NCBI GenBank assembly: GCA_964016885.1
Contig: OZ024746.1
Coordinates: 75,578,001-75,642,000 of the forward strand
Length of the DNA: 64,000 nucleotides
Origin: Eledone cirrhosa
Lineage: Eukaryota
Reading direction: 5' to 3'
In this document: one piece after another, positions 27,756-42,389 of the stretch
Position numbering within the stretch: the stretch's first letter is position 1
Layout: each line of letters begins with the position of its first letter
The notes under the pieces: model-generated
Told to the model about the DNA's origin: nothing
Databases searched by the model: none
What the model saw: the letters and a program-made list of their open reading frames with translations, nothing else
Program-made: the position numbers and the translations under genes

Positions 27756-27807
<52 letters not shown>

Positions 27808-27883
27808 ACAAACAAAGAGAGAGAAAAGAGGGGAGAGGTACCTAGATATATATAGTAATATCATTATAATCATCATCATCATC

Positions 27884-27926
<43 letters not shown>

Positions 27927-28329
27927 ACTATATAAAAACAAAGAGAGTACAGAACAGTAAGGTAGCCGTGTATATTTATATTTCAAGTTAAAAAAATTTC
28001 GTTACGTTATTTAGAGTTTCTTGGCAAAATACTATTTTTGATGAGAAAGAAGTGACCAAGAAACATTTTGAAGTGTTAAACTGTGTATATGGAGAGGAAG
28101 GGTATGTATGTTTGCATATATCCACACATACACATATATATATATAGAATTAGTATTGGTGCTCCCAACATAGCGTTATACACATATATGTACATGTTGT
28201 GTACAGGATGTTTGTGAAAAATATTTGATAGCCTTCCACTATGATTTTTTTTTAAGGTTGTGACCATCGTCACACATCCTGAGTCTCAGCAAAAACCAGG
28301 GGGAGTAACCGACAACGTTGTTTCTCACT

Positions 28330-29355
28330 TTGGAATATAATAGTTATCAGTTGTTGGAAATGTGCTTTCTCGTGTTATCTTAGAGCGCCTTGATAAATTT
28401 ATTGTCCCAAGAGCTGTATTTTGAGAGTCACAATGTAGCTTCCACGTTTTTTGAGGGATTGTTGATATGATCTTCACTATCCGGCAACTACAAGAGCAAT
28501 GCAACGAACAAAACATAGGCTTATACCATTGTTTTGTGGATCTTAATAAAGCTTTTGAGACAGCTAACAGGAATGCACTGTGGCTAGTGCTGAAGAAATC
28601 TGGCTGTCCTGAAAAGTTTGTGAATATAATCAAGGCCCTCCATAAGGAAATGAAGGTCCAGTCTAACTTTGGTGGAACCATTTCCGGTTGAAAATTGAGT
28701 TAAGCAAGGTAATCTCGAAGTACTGACATTCTTCTCCATATATTTTGCAGCTATGCTATCAAATGCAATTTCAACAGATGGCATCTATATACAATACCGC
28801 TATTCAGGTAATATGTTCAACCTGACAAGAATGAACTTCAAATCTAAAGTGTTTACCTCTCTAGTACGTGATCATTTAACGGAGTCGACTGTGACCTAAT
28901 AAATCACACTGAGCCAGGCTTACTGAACCTAATTAGTTCGTTTCATTCTACATATGACGTATTTATTTTCTCACGATTATTTTTTTAATTTTAATGTTCT
29001 AATGTATCAACCTGCCCCTGGAGAACTAATCAACACACCTCAGATATTGGTTAATGGTAGACTTCTTTTGAATACCTGGGTAGCCTGGGATATGCTGATG
29101 GAAACTTAGACACAAAAATCACTTCTCACATTCATGGGGTAGCAAATGCCTTTAGCTGCCTAGAATCTAAAGTGTTATCATAGCACCATATCAAAGCTGA
29201 CACTAAAATTATGATATATGTCTGGCTTGTTCTTTCTGCTCTGCTGTATTCTCCTGAAACTTAGACGATATACATTAGTCATATTAAAATTTCGGAAAGA
29301 TTCCACTAAAAATGCCTCCGCCATATGTTCAGAATAAGCTGGTCCTCAGACTTTT
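28330..29355 (+). pseudogene. Degenerate RTE (BovB-like) reverse transcriptase fragment
   Basis: MIFTIRQLQEQCNEQNIGLYHCFVDLNKAFETANRNALWLVLKKSGCPEKFVNIIKALH, VKQG, YLGS and LLYSPET, with multiple stops and frameshifts. Confidence 0.85.
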
Positions 29356-29359
29356 TTCA

Positions 29360-30170
29360 GTCCTGGTGCGCGAGGCCTGGGATCCATGATGTAAAAGATA
29401 CCCAGGACTGAAACATGTAGGGAAGAATGACCAGGAGAACAGAAATGACGGGCGACAGGAGTATCCAAACCGAGTCGTATGTCCCTCAAATGTTCGGCAA
29501 AACGGTCCGCCATACGGCGTCCCGTTTATCCGATATATAAAGACCCGCAAAGGGAACACCGGAGGGCATAGACAACGTGGGTGGATGTGCAGGTGAAGGA
29601 ATGGCGGATACGGAAAGACCCGTTAGGGCCTGTAAGAGTGGTGAGGGTATAAATAAAGGGACAAGTGTTGCAGCGGGAACGGGAACACGGATGAGAGCCG
29701 GGTGGAGTCGTGGGAGAGGGCGAAAAGGAACTGCGAACCAGGAGGTCGCGGAGGCTGCAGGCGTGCTTAAATGCAGTAATGGGTGGGTTTGGAAAAAAGC
29801 GAGAAGTGACTGGGTCAGAAGAGAGGATACGGAAGGAACAGAGGATATGTCGCTGGAGTGGTAGGGTGATGGGGTGGTAGGTGAGAGGGAAAGGAACAAT
29901 GGTGTGGGGGGGGGGGGGCTGTGGTGCGGTCTGTTTCACGGACGCGGGTGAGAGCAGCTTGGATCAGGGTGGGGGGATATCGACGCTGGATGAAGCAGGA
30001 AGCCATGCAAAGGGAATGGGTTTCGAAATCGTCGTCCTGGCTACAGAGCCGACGAAGACGGAGGAATTGGGAATAGGGTATGGAGTGTTTGGTGTGGGTT
30101 GGATGGGAGGAGGTGAAGTCGAGGTAAGATTGGGAGTCTGTTGGTTTAATGAAGATGGAAGTAGAGAGAG
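29360..30170 (-). mobile_element. Penelope-like element fragment (RT C-terminus, Cys linker, GIY-YIG), disabled
   Basis: KPTDSQSYLDFTSSHPTHTKHSIPYSQFLRLRRLCS, CSRSRCNTC and HVVYALRCSLCGSLYIG*TGRRMADRFAEH. Confidence 0.9.
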
Positions 30171-30281
30171 TATATATATATATATATATTGGAAAATGTG
30201 TGAAATCCTTGGTACAGTTAGGTATATTGGAAAAAGGGAAAAGAATGACTTCACTTGTAGTTCTAAACAATTTAATTTTAT

Positions 30282-30471
30282 AATAATTGTTTCTACTATT
30301 GGCACAAAGCCAGCAACTACCCAGAGCATTACTGGTACTTTATTTTATCGACCCCGTAAAGATGAAATGCAAAGTTAACCTCGACGGGATTTGAACTCAG
30401 AATGGCAAGGGCCGTAACTCTATGCGTCAAAGCATGGCGTCCGACCCTCTACCGATACTGCCAATTCACCG
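30282..30471 (-). mobile_element. Full-length SINE family A
   Basis: Reverse complement of the 15783-type copy. Confidence 0.85.
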
Positions 30472-30850
30472 AATAATATAATTTAACAGTTTTGTTTTGT
30501 AGTTCTAGTAAGTTCTTTGTTAACTTCGGTGGGGTTTTTTTTTTTGGGGGGGGGGGGGGTTAAGATTCCTGGTTAAATTTCGTGGAGAACTTTCTCGCAT
30601 TCGTCGGTAGCGATTGTCAAACTGATTTAATGATGCGTTGTGATGCAGGGTTGGAGTGAAGGAGTGTTGATGAAGATTTAAAGGAATTAAAGCATATATA
30701 TACACATTGGGTGGAGGTGGGGCACTATTAGTGAAATGGAAGTGTACCTCTGAGGGTTGTCCTTCTCTTCAACGATTAAATGTTTGAAAGTGTGGGTGTC
30801 ATCCACTTCTATTTGAAGATCTTTTCTCTTTTTTTTTTCAATATGCGATT

Positions 30851-31170
<320 letters not shown>

Positions 31171-31176
31171 TATATA

Positions 31177-31228
<52 letters not shown>

Positions 31229-31230
<2 letters not shown>

Positions 31231-32891
31231 CGGCGATGAGTTAGTTTTGCGAGGTTTTTGATATGAAATCGTGTGTCGAAACAAATATTGTTATACTTGG
31301 GGATGATCATATTTGTGTAATATTGCCAGAATTAATAACAGAACACACTCACTGTTTGGTTGGTTTTCGCTTTTCGCTTCTGTGTCTTTTATACCGGTTA
31401 ATTTAATTTATTCGGTCCTCAATGTTGCCATTGACTGACCAACGGTCAAAAATACAGATACAATATAGACACAAACACATATATATAGTCTATCAAAGTT
31501 CTTTCGTTGCATATCTGCAACATCGTCAGTGGTGCTATTGTTTCCTCCCGTTGCATTGTATGTCTACGCCATCTTTATTTAGTCTGTTTATTTATTTGTT
31601 TGTTTTTTTGTCTTCTTTGCGCATGCGTTTGCGTGTGTGTATAGTGTTTTGTTTGGTGTGTGTTCGTGTTTGGGTGACTGTGTATTGGTTAATGTATTCT
31701 ATATTTACTAGTGTGTGTTTATATGTGTTTGTTGTTATTGTGCTTGTGTATGTATTTATTTATTTATCTATTTATTTATTTATTTATACTTCTCTTAGGT
31801 CAGTGTTGTTTGTTTGGGTGTGGTTCTTATTCCATTCATTTTTTCTGTTTAGCCTTGGCCTTCTAAGTTCTATTTCACTGGCCTCTCTGATTTGCCTATC
31901 TGCTAGGTCATTTCTATGTTTAGATATTATTCTAATTTCTATGTTGTCTATGTTACCGTCGTGTTGTTGTCTGGCATGTCCGTATAGTACTGGACCGTTT
32001 TTTCGTCCTTTTAGTTCCCCCCAGTGTTGGTCTATCCTTTCACCTATGCTACGAGCTGTCTCGCCTATGTATGTATGTTGTTGTCCTGTTTCTGCAAGTA
32101 CCCTCTGTACATCTTATGCTATAGACTACGTTTCTAGTTTTACAGTTTATCCGGGGGTTTACTTTACATATGATACATTTCCTATTAGTAGAGTGAGTTT
32201 TCTTAAAAGGGTAGGTTTTGCTGATCAGAGATTTTATGGTGGTTCCTGGCTTTTCTACCACCTTAATCTTGAAGTGGGTCTTTCTCAGGGCCTTTCTACA
32301 CTGGTTAGCTAATTTCCCTCCAGGGGTAGCGTCCACAAACATGACACTCTGATATCTCTGGTTGTCGTACCATGAGGTGGCTTTCCCTATCTTATGCCTA
32401 GCCCTATCTAAGCTATTCCATGATTTGCTCCTGTATAATGGGCAAATTCCTTTCATGTTCAGTTCTATGAGGGTCTTATACTTCTCCGTGGCTCCTTCGT
32501 ATACTCTGATTCTGTCTCTTTGGTTGTAGCCAGAGAATTGCATGCGGTTGATGAAGTGTTGGATGTGTCTTTCCATTTCTGTTGGGTCGCACATGCGGGA
32601 CACGTTCTTCATCACTCGTACCAAGTCTGCGATCAGAATATTAAACTTAACACTACTGGACATTACTGAGTTTTTGAGTATCAGGTATTTGGAGGCCATG
32701 GGTTTAGCATAGTGTGAGTGGAGAATTTGGGCTCTCTCGTCTATAGTGTTAATCCAGAGTTCCGTGTCTAATACAGGTTAGGGTGCTTGGAAGGATAGTC
32801 GATAGTTACAGTTATACTCTGGTGTATGGAATTAGCTATCTTTTAGAACTTAGCACAATGGAAAGCATCCAGCAGATAGGTAATTCCATTC
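31229..32891 (-). mobile_element. Penelope-like retroelement family 1 (RT thumb, CxxC linker, GIY-YIG, 3' UTR with HHR), 5'-truncated with a small 5' inversion
   Basis: ORF 32049-32699 (RMQFSGY, MFVDATPGG, CIICK, CKTRNVVYSIRC). Upstream lie NSIHQSITVTIDYPS and PVLDTELW. The 3' end abuts (TA)n, and an HHR core is at 31502-31529. Confidence 0.9.
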
Positions 32892-33909
32892 GACCCCCCC
32901 CACACACACACACACACACACATACACACACACATCCCCCACTAACACCACTAACACACTCCTCCTTCTCACCGCCCCACCCCCTTGGCCCACCCACAAC
33001 TAACAATGCTACACCCCCACCCCCGGCCCCCCTCCCCCAACTAACGATACTAGCCTCCCCACCTCTCCCCCTATCACGCACACACCCACCTGTACATATA
33101 TACACGCACTCACACTATCCACACACCCTACTACCACCACTAACCCTCACCCACACATCCACTCCTACCACGCCACAACTAATATCACTAACATCCCCCT
33201 GACCCCACGCACACGAACACACACCCTCACACACACACACACACACCTACCTACATACACCACCCACTCCACACACCTAACCACCACTAACCCCCACTAA
33301 CACACCCGCATCCACCCTTTCCCCACCACCAGTATACAAACAACCAATAACACCCCCTTTACCACACACACACTCATCCAAACTCGCACACACACACACC
33401 AGTACACTACACTCCCTCCTCCGTCCCCAACACCTTTTCTCCCCCTCTCCCTCTCTCCGCTCCACCCACACCCCTTCACACACACATCCCACTAACACCT
33501 CCACTAATACACACCCCATCCTCCCCACATGACCCCCCCTCCACCTTTCACACCTACCGATCCTCTCTCCTATCCACCGCACCTCCACACACACACAGAC
33601 CTACACCCCACCCCACGCATACACCTTTTCCTGAACATGGAACCTCGTTCTTCCCCCAACTCTCACATTCACACACCCCCCCACATACACACACGTACAC
33701 CTACACACATACACAAACACCATCTTCATCCCTCCCCCGCTCCGACCCCCCGCCTCCCTCTCCCTACTCCACCCGCCACCACCCCTACATGCCTCACACC
33801 CTTCCACCACTTGTTTATCTTTATGTTTTTCTTCCCCCCCCCTTTTTTTCTAAATATCTCTCCACCACTCCCCACACACCCTCGGAACTCTCTTCCTACC
33901 CACTTTCCT

Positions 33910-33937
33910 CTGATGAAGGGCTTATGCCCGAAACGTC
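33910..33937 (+). ncRNA. Minimal Penelope-type hammerhead
   Basis: CUGAUGA-A-GGGC(UUAU)GCCC-GAAA-CG-UC, with palindromic ACGU stem III. It lies at the end of a C-rich UTR (about 32900-34030). Confidence 0.75.
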
Positions 33938-34329
33938 GTTCCCCACCTCCCACTCTCAAGAGCGTGAACCTAATAAACTTTTATTTGTACTGCCTTCTCT
34001 GTTTTTGTTCCCGTCCAAGTTTTCACTATATATATATCGGACAACACATATGTGACCCTATGCGGCCCTTGGGGGACCCTCAGTTTGACATGCCTGGTTT
34101 ACATCACCGAATGAAACAACCCGTCCTGTTAAAGTTACTTCTCAATGAAATAACATACATACATACATACATACATACATACATACATACATACATACAT
34201 ACATACGAACACGGATATATATAACTATATGTGTTCAAATCCCGAGGGACAGAAACCGCCAGGGTGAAGAAAATGCTGACTAAAATAGTATGGTTCACAG
34301 AACTCAATCAAAAAGATAAACTGAGATAA

Positions 34330-35896
34330 ACAAGCTATGAACTCAGCCGAATGATCGCCATGAGTGGCAAATCTTACATTGTAAAGCAATGCCTTGTAAA
34401 AACAGCTGAAATTGTATGTCCAGAGAAAGCACAGTTATTCAAAGATATTTCATTAACCAGGAACACTGTTGTTGAACGCATTGATGAAAGATCAGCTGAT
34501 CTGAAACCACAGTTGAAGGCTATATCATCAAGGTTGGAACATTTTTCTATTGATATTGATGAGACCATTGACATCACTGGAATAGCATGGGTTGCATTCT
34601 TCTTCAGGGCCTGTGACAGTGAATTTAATATTTATGAAGAACTGATTGAACTGGTCCCCATGCATGACACTATAAAAAGCCAGGGCATCTTTGAGAAGAT
34701 CGAGTAGGTTCTGCATGACTATGGTTTTCATTTGAGTAAACTTGCATGCTTATCTACTGACGGTGCTGCGAATATGGTTGGCAGACATAATGGTGTTACT
34801 GTCAAGTTATGAACAAAAATAGAAAACTCGCATCCAGATTCATCATTTGCACATTTTCACTGTATTATTCATCAGCAAAATTTGTGTTCAAAGATTTTTA
34901 AATTGCAAAAATGTGCTTAGCCTGGTCACAAAGACAGTGAACTATATCAGAAGCCGTGCTCTCAACCGCCGTCAGTTCAGCCAGTTGTTGGAAGATATGG
35001 ATAATCAGTTCACCGATGTTCTATTCTACACAGAAGTCCGCTAGTTGTAATGTCACAAAGTGCTGAAAATATTCTATTTGTTGAGACAAGAAATAATTAT
35101 GTTTTTTGGAGACGAAAGGTCAGAACACAGATGAAATAAAAGATGAAAGTTGGCTCCAAGATCTGGCTTTTGCTGTAGATATTACTGATCTTAATTTGAA
35201 ATTACAAGGTAAAAACAAACCCATCACTCAGTTGCATGATGACATCAAGTGCTTAATTACAAAACTAAGCTTATGGAAGTCACAGTAGTCAAATGAAAAT
35301 TTAGTTCATTTTTCTACGTGCAAAGAGCTGAAAGACAAGTTTTAAAACATCAGAAAGTTTGCCACATGGCAATATTTGGTTCTACCTATGTGTGTGAACA
35401 GTTATTTTCCTTCATGAAATTAACAAAAACTTCTCAGAGAACAAGGCCGACTGATCAACACTTGTCATATCTGATCAAAGTCGGAACTGTACAGACGTTT
35501 CAGCCAGACATACCAAAAATTGTCAACAAAAAGAGGTGTCAAGTCTCAGGACAAAACACTAAAATTGGTTGAATAGTAGGAAATAAATGTTTAGTTTTGA
35601 ACTGTTGTAATTATTGTACAATGTATTTGTTGCTGTTGCAAGCTGCAAGTATGTTGCCATTTAAAATGTTAGTGTTTTGTCAAACCACTTCATTACTTTG
35701 TATTCATGAATGCTGCTAAAACCTTTGTATGTACATTGTATGTTTCTAAATTTAAGTAACAAATTTTTCTGCAATAAATTTTATTAAATGACTTTAATTA
35801 GTTGTAATTTGTACAATTAGTTGTCGTGTGCGACCCTCGGACAACACATATGTGACCCTATGCGGCCCTTGGGGGACCCTCAGTTTGACATGCCTG
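34330..35896 (+). mobile_element. hAT (Charlie/SPIN, GTF2IRD2-like) transposase pseudogene with right TIR
   Basis: ISLTRNTVVERIDE, FSIDIDETIDIT, STDGAANMVG, HCIIHQQ, WLQDLAFAVDIT and FGSTYVCEQLFS. The TIR AGTTTGACATGCCTG is at 35882-35896. Confidence 0.9.
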
Positions 35897-36026
35897 GTTT
35901 ACATCACCGAATGAAACAACCCGTCCTGTTAAAGTTACTTCTCAATGAAATAACATACATACATACATACATACATACATACATACATACATACATACAT
36001 ACATACATACATACATACATACATAC

Positions 36027-36741
36027 CAAAACACTGTACAATGCAGTTCGTAAAAAAGATAGCCCCGATAATAAACACATTAAAAGCTACAACAATGTGG
36101 AAGACATCCATGTACATAATATGAAAGAGTACTGGTGGAATGTTCCAGTAAAAACCCCATTAAAATGCAGGCATAACAGACCAGATATTATGATATGGGA
36201 CAGGGAGAAGAAAGCATGCACAGTAGTGGAAATTAGCTGCCCAGCAGATGCCAATATATCAAAGATTAGTGACAAGGAGAATATTTATGCAGAACTGATG
36301 AGAAATCTGCAGATACTCCACCCTGATTACACCTTCAGATTTATGCCTGTGATTATTGGGGCACTGGGATATGTTAGTAACTGCCTCAATACAAATCTTG
36401 AGAAGCTAGGCTTCACAGGAACAGAAAGAACACAACTAGTTAGGAAATTACAAGTACAATCCATTTATGGAACAGTAAAAATATGTAAAACATTCCAAAA
36501 ATGTTGCATCTAATAACTGTATATACACATGTACAGATACAAAGCATATACACATGCACACATACAACTCAAAACATACATATCCACACATACAATAACA
36601 TCCATATCTACACATGCAGACATACATACATATCTACCTAGTTGATGTTGTGTAAATTCCAATGAGAGAGTCTTGTGTCTATGTTAGAAACCGACTCTCT
36701 CTCTATTGGGAAAACTTTGTGAAATTATAAAACCAGAAGAA
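36027..36741 (+). mobile_element. 5'-truncated R4/Dong-type non-LTR element (restriction-like endonuclease) inserted in (CATA)n
   Basis: HNRPDIMIWDREKKACTVVEISCP...K...Y...MPVIIGALG, with a stop at 36513. (CATA)n flanks both ends. Confidence 0.85.
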
Positions 36742-36973
36742 CATACATACATACATACATACATACATACATACATACATACATACATACATACATACAT
36801 ACATACATACATACATACATACATACATACATACATACATACATACATACATACATACATACATACATACATACATACATACATACATACATACATACAT
36901 ACATACATACATACATACATACATACATACATACATACATACATACATACATACATACATACATACATACATA

Positions 36974-37150
36974 GTGTGTGGCCTAGTGGTTAGGATGTCG
37001 AACTTGCAATCTTAAAGTTGTGGGTTCGGTTCCTGGACAGAATGCCGCATTTTGTTCTAGAGCAAAACACTTCATTTCATGTTGCTCATGATTACCAGCT
37101 GTAACTAGAGAGTTAACCCTGAGATAGACTGGCATCCTGACCACGGAGGA
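36974..37150 (+). mobile_element. tRNA-derived SINE family B
   Basis: TGGCCTAGTGGTTAGG...GGTTCGGTTCCTGGAC...AGCAAAACACTTCATTTCATGTTGCTC. Confidence 0.7.
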
Positions 37151-37472
37151 GGTTTTGTACTATCAGTGACTTAACGTCAAGGAAACCGGGAAAATAAGCC
37201 CTAGTACTTTTTTTTGTTGGGGGGGGGGGGGGGAATAATAAGACTGTCCTATAATAGGAGAAACACGATATATGTTATTGTATGTGTGTGTATGTTTGTG
37301 TGTGCGTATGTGAGCACTTATATATACGAAAGTCTTCTGCACCGTCCCTTTATTAATTTTATTCATAAGGCATTGAGCAACCCGAAGTTACTGTAAAGTT
37401 ACTGCCCAAGCTACCATACAGTGTGACTAAAACCGAAACCGCGTATGTGTGTGTGACTCTGTGTGTGTGTGT

Positions 37473-37548
<76 letters not shown>

Positions 37549-38742
37549 GCGCACGCGCGTGTGTCCAGACCCAGTCTATCAGGGAACAGTAACAATAGGT
37601 GACATAAAAGGTGTGCTATGAGTGTGGGAGAGGTTAACAGCGGTGAAAGGGGGGATGAAGGATGTTATGTGAAAGGGAAACAGACGGAAAGAGAGACTAA
37701 AAGAGGGAGGGTGACAGAGAAAGGGCAAGACAAAGAGAGTGAGAGATAATGAAGATATAAGGTGTTTCTTGATAAATACTCTGAGTAGCAACTCAGATGT
37801 CACAAGCTATAAGAAGAAGGCTTGAAATTAGTGGAGGAGAGAGGTAGGTCGATTTTTATCAACCCTCATGCTTGACAAGTACTTTATTTTAACTATTTCG
37901 GAAGGCTGAAAAGCAATGTTGATCTCAGCGGAATTTGAACTCAAAACGTAAAAAATCGGAACGAATAACCACCAAATGTTCTACCTGACACACCTAAAGA
38001 CTTTGTCAATTCGCCGCCTTCGGGCCATAAATAAACTCTGGAATATTTATTGAGTTGTTATTTTGTTGTTGTTTTTTCTCGAGTTTCTTAAACAAAACAA
38101 AAATATAGACGTATATGCAAATAAACAAAGTAAAAGCTCCTTATTATAATCACAAATAATGTAACCAACTGGCTATTGTTATCAAAATGTGTGCTTCTCA
38201 AATACTTTATTTCCTTAATGCTATCATTTGGTTATTGTAATCGAAAAGACTTCGCTCGAAAGTGATCAAGGGTGGTTTTAGCTTTGTATATATATATATA
38301 TATATATATATCATCATCATCATCGCTTAATGTCTATTTTCCACGCTAGCATGGGCTATATATATGTATATTTATATATAGATGTGTGTGTGTGTATGTG
38401 TGTGTGTGTGTAAATCTATATATAAACACACACGCATATATAGCATATATATTGATACAGGCGCGTTTGCTTATATATGTGCGTGAGTGTGAGTTTGTTA
38501 CGTTTGTATATCTTCTATTTTAAATCTATTCATATCTATAAATCTATACATTATATAAACCGATATAAGTACATGACAGGTATTTTATATTAACGATTCC
38601 TGGAAGTATGAAAAAGTTGACCGCGGCGAAACTTGAACTCACAGAGTAAATGTCTGTAACTAAATACTTCAAGTAATCGTGTCGGATACTCTAACGATTC
38701 GGTCAATGTGTTTGTGTGTGTGTGTGTGAATATGAATGTCTA

Positions 38743-38778
<36 letters not shown>

Positions 38779-39623
38779 AATATATATGTATATATATATT
38801 TGCGCGCGTATGTGTGTAAGAGGAGCGGCGAATTCGGAGCGAAGAAAGGATCTGTCTGTCTGTATGTATGTATATATGTGTCTGTGTGCGTATGTGTGTA
38901 TGTGTTATGGTGTGAGAAAGATCCGCGAAGGCGGGTTTACGAAATGATAGAAAGAAAGAGAGTGAAAGAATAAACGAGGCTGAGAGATTAGATAGAGAAT
39001 GCTATAATGCAAGGGTAGTAGTATAAGTTGACTTGGTGGAAGGGGCAGTAGCGAAAGAAAAATAGAGAGGGTATCAGATATACCAGAGTAGAAGTATATG
39101 TAATATATAACTGGACAGGCAGGGAGAGGGAGAAAGTGTGGGAGTAGAATGTAGATAGAAAGACTGACAAAATGGAGAGGGTGTGTGTTTGTGACGGTAT
39201 GAGTAGGTTGAGTAAGAAGAAGGAGGAGGAGGAGGCGGTATGAAAGAAGCGTGTGTACAGTTATGCCATGAAAGAGACAGAAGAAGCCACATGCGGTGTG
39301 TGGCCGAAAGTTTGGCTGTGAACTATGACAGGTTGGTTGGTCACTTTTGGATAACATAACTAACTATACATAATACACATACATCTCTATCTATCTCTCT
39401 ATATATATGTATACACACACAATATACACTTGGGATTTTAATAGTCTGGGTAGACACCATGGTGGTGAGTATTGGTTTTTAAAACTTTGTTTTAACACTC
39501 AGGTCAGTCTGAAAACACCTATGAACAGGGACGTTTTAACCGTGGCCATCCTATTGAGTTTTTATATTGTCATGAGTATGTGTTTATATATTACTTTTAT
39601 GTCAGACGCGCAAAAATACATAC

Positions 39624-39695
<72 letters not shown>

Positions 39696-39816
39696 CAAAT
39701 TGAAATGACATATATATTGTATAACCATGTAGTTTCTACTTGTGTTATATATATACACGGTAGGTTTCGGACAGTATTTTTTCCTATACCATGTCTAACT
39801 TAATTGCAACACCTAA

Positions 39817-39862
<46 letters not shown>

Positions 39863-39954
39863 TACAAACGCACGCCTTCATTCATACATACATGTTTTTT
39901 AAGTTTATCAATCAGAATGTATGTGTTACACTTAAACGTTTTAAATAGCTGTCA

Positions 39955-40003
<49 letters not shown>

Positions 40004-40097
40004 CACACACATATATATATATTGTTTGTGTGTTATCTACTATAGTTATGTGTGTAGTGGTTGTATAAAAGGCTGGTCTTTATTTTTAAAGACCTGT

Positions 40098-40139
<42 letters not shown>

Positions 40140-41158
40140 TCATGTGTGTGTGCTTTGCCTGCTGTACCTATATATAGTAACATGTGTTTATATAGATTCG
40201 GTTATCGCTTTGTTTACTATATATATATATATTTTATATATATTTGATATATATTTAGTCTTCAAATTTATTATTATTACTATATATAAATATATATATA
40301 TATGTGTGTGTGTGCTGTTGTTTTTTAAAGTCGTGTATTTATCTCGAGTACTTCGTGTGTGTGTGCTAGTGTTTTGTAAAGTTTATATTATATAGTATGT
40401 ATGGGGTGTTTATGATGTGCACAGGTGGAGTTGTGACTTCCATGCCTTAACCAACCCTTCAAAGTGCAATCGTCAACTTTTCACTGGTTTTGTCAGCACC
40501 GGAGATAGTTGTGTGACTGTGTGTGTGTGCGCGTACAGTTCAAAAGTGTTGCTTCGACAATCAGGTGTGTGTGTGTGTGTGTTTGTCTTGTTGATTAACA
40601 CCAGGTCAGCACCAACTAAACAAATCTATGATCAAATACCTTTCTGACATGAACACCCAGTAACGTAGCTGCATAGGTGCAAGACGTTTAAAAAATGTTT
40701 TGTGTATTGTGTTATTTTCCGTGTGAGGGGAGAAAGATGAAGGGGCCCACCCCTAGGCAACACACATTCTTGCGTCACTGCCGCCAACACCACTTTCTCT
40801 TGGGTATTGTATATCCAGAACGACACTATCCAAGGTGTGACCACATGAAATCCCTCGTTGGTTTATATATATATATGTGTGTGTGTGCTTCACTGTATAT
40901 AGCTCTGTTTATTCATGTGTCCATTTACCTGCATTTAACGTGCATTTATTATAAATACACACACTCGTGTGTGTTTTCCTGTATTCTCTCTCGCACACAC
41001 ACGCTCTCTCTCTCTCTCTCTCTCCGTGTGTGCGTTACACACACACACACATGGCTGTGTGGTGTCTACCTGTGTATATATGTGAGCGTACGTTTACCTG
41101 AATGTATATGCTAAAGTATGTATTTCCTCTTATTTAATGTTGCTTGCCTCAGTGTGAA

Positions 41159-41212
<54 letters not shown>

Positions 41213-41250
41213 ATATTAACAAATGGAAACTATATTTATAAAACCATATT

Positions 41251-41316
41251 TATTTTATTATACTTATTTCAAGGACCACCAAGGCAGATTATGGTGCGCT
41301 TTCATCAGATAAAATA
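41251..41316 (-). ncRNA. Type I hammerhead ribozyme
   Basis: UAUUUUAU-CUGAUGA-AAG..CACCA(loop)UGGUG...CUU-GAAA-UAAGUA-UA|AUAAAAUA. It lies in a unit of about 185 bp (41213-41398) homologous to 62643-62822. Confidence 0.75.
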
Positions 41317-41395
41317 CAATACAGATTAGTTTTATAAATAAATATTGATATACCCTGAAAAAATGCAACCTTAACGGTTGGAGCTTCCTGGATAG

Positions 41396-41488
<93 letters not shown>

Positions 41489-41889
41489 CCATTGGTATAT
41501 AGCTTCATGTTTGTGATAAGTATGAGTATAAAACACTTATGGAAAATATGTATACATACGTGTATACATACATATATAACTCGATGGGTGTGTGATGTAT
41601 GTATAAAAAACATTCGTTAAAAATGTTACTATAAACGGAGTTACGGAATAGCTTTCAATGAATGAGTCAGTGCAAGTGTGACTATAAACGGAATATGATT
41701 ATATCCATTGTCGGCACACATCCTAGATGAATTTCAGTGATTGCAGATATCCATCCATGGGTGATAGACCAAGTAGAACGGACTGGTCTAACTCTGGATG
41801 TGTAACTTGAACTGTTAACGCATACATACATACACATATACACATATGTGTATACAATTATAACTCGTACATATAATCACGTCTGTCTC

Positions 41890-41934
<45 letters not shown>

Positions 41935-42389
41935 TATGGAATACTGTTAGCTTCTCGCGACAACAATTTTCTATACTTTTCATTATATATATTTATATAT
42001 ACACACACACATATACATATATAACTTGTATACATGAATGCGCACATACACATATTTATGGGTAATGTATTGTCCACGCACGGACACGCTGACAAACTTA
42101 CACACATAAATACTTGTGTGTAGTTTGTGTGTAATGTATTGTCTACGCACAAACACACACTTCCACACATACTACTGACTAACTTACACACACACACATT
42201 TGCACTCACGTTTACTGGGGTTTCTGCTTGTCTTTCCCTTATCTCTTCATCCGTCAATCTCCCTGTCCTCCAAAGCACGTGCTGGTGTGTTAAGCAACTT
42301 AGTTGTCGACATAAACACTCGTTGAACTCATGTAAGAGACCATGGCTTATCGAAGATAGAGGAGGAGGGGATGACTGGTTGAAATCGTG

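Noticed and set aside
31422-32312. 296-aa plus-strand ORF
   Set aside because: It is antisense to the Penelope ORF and UTR.
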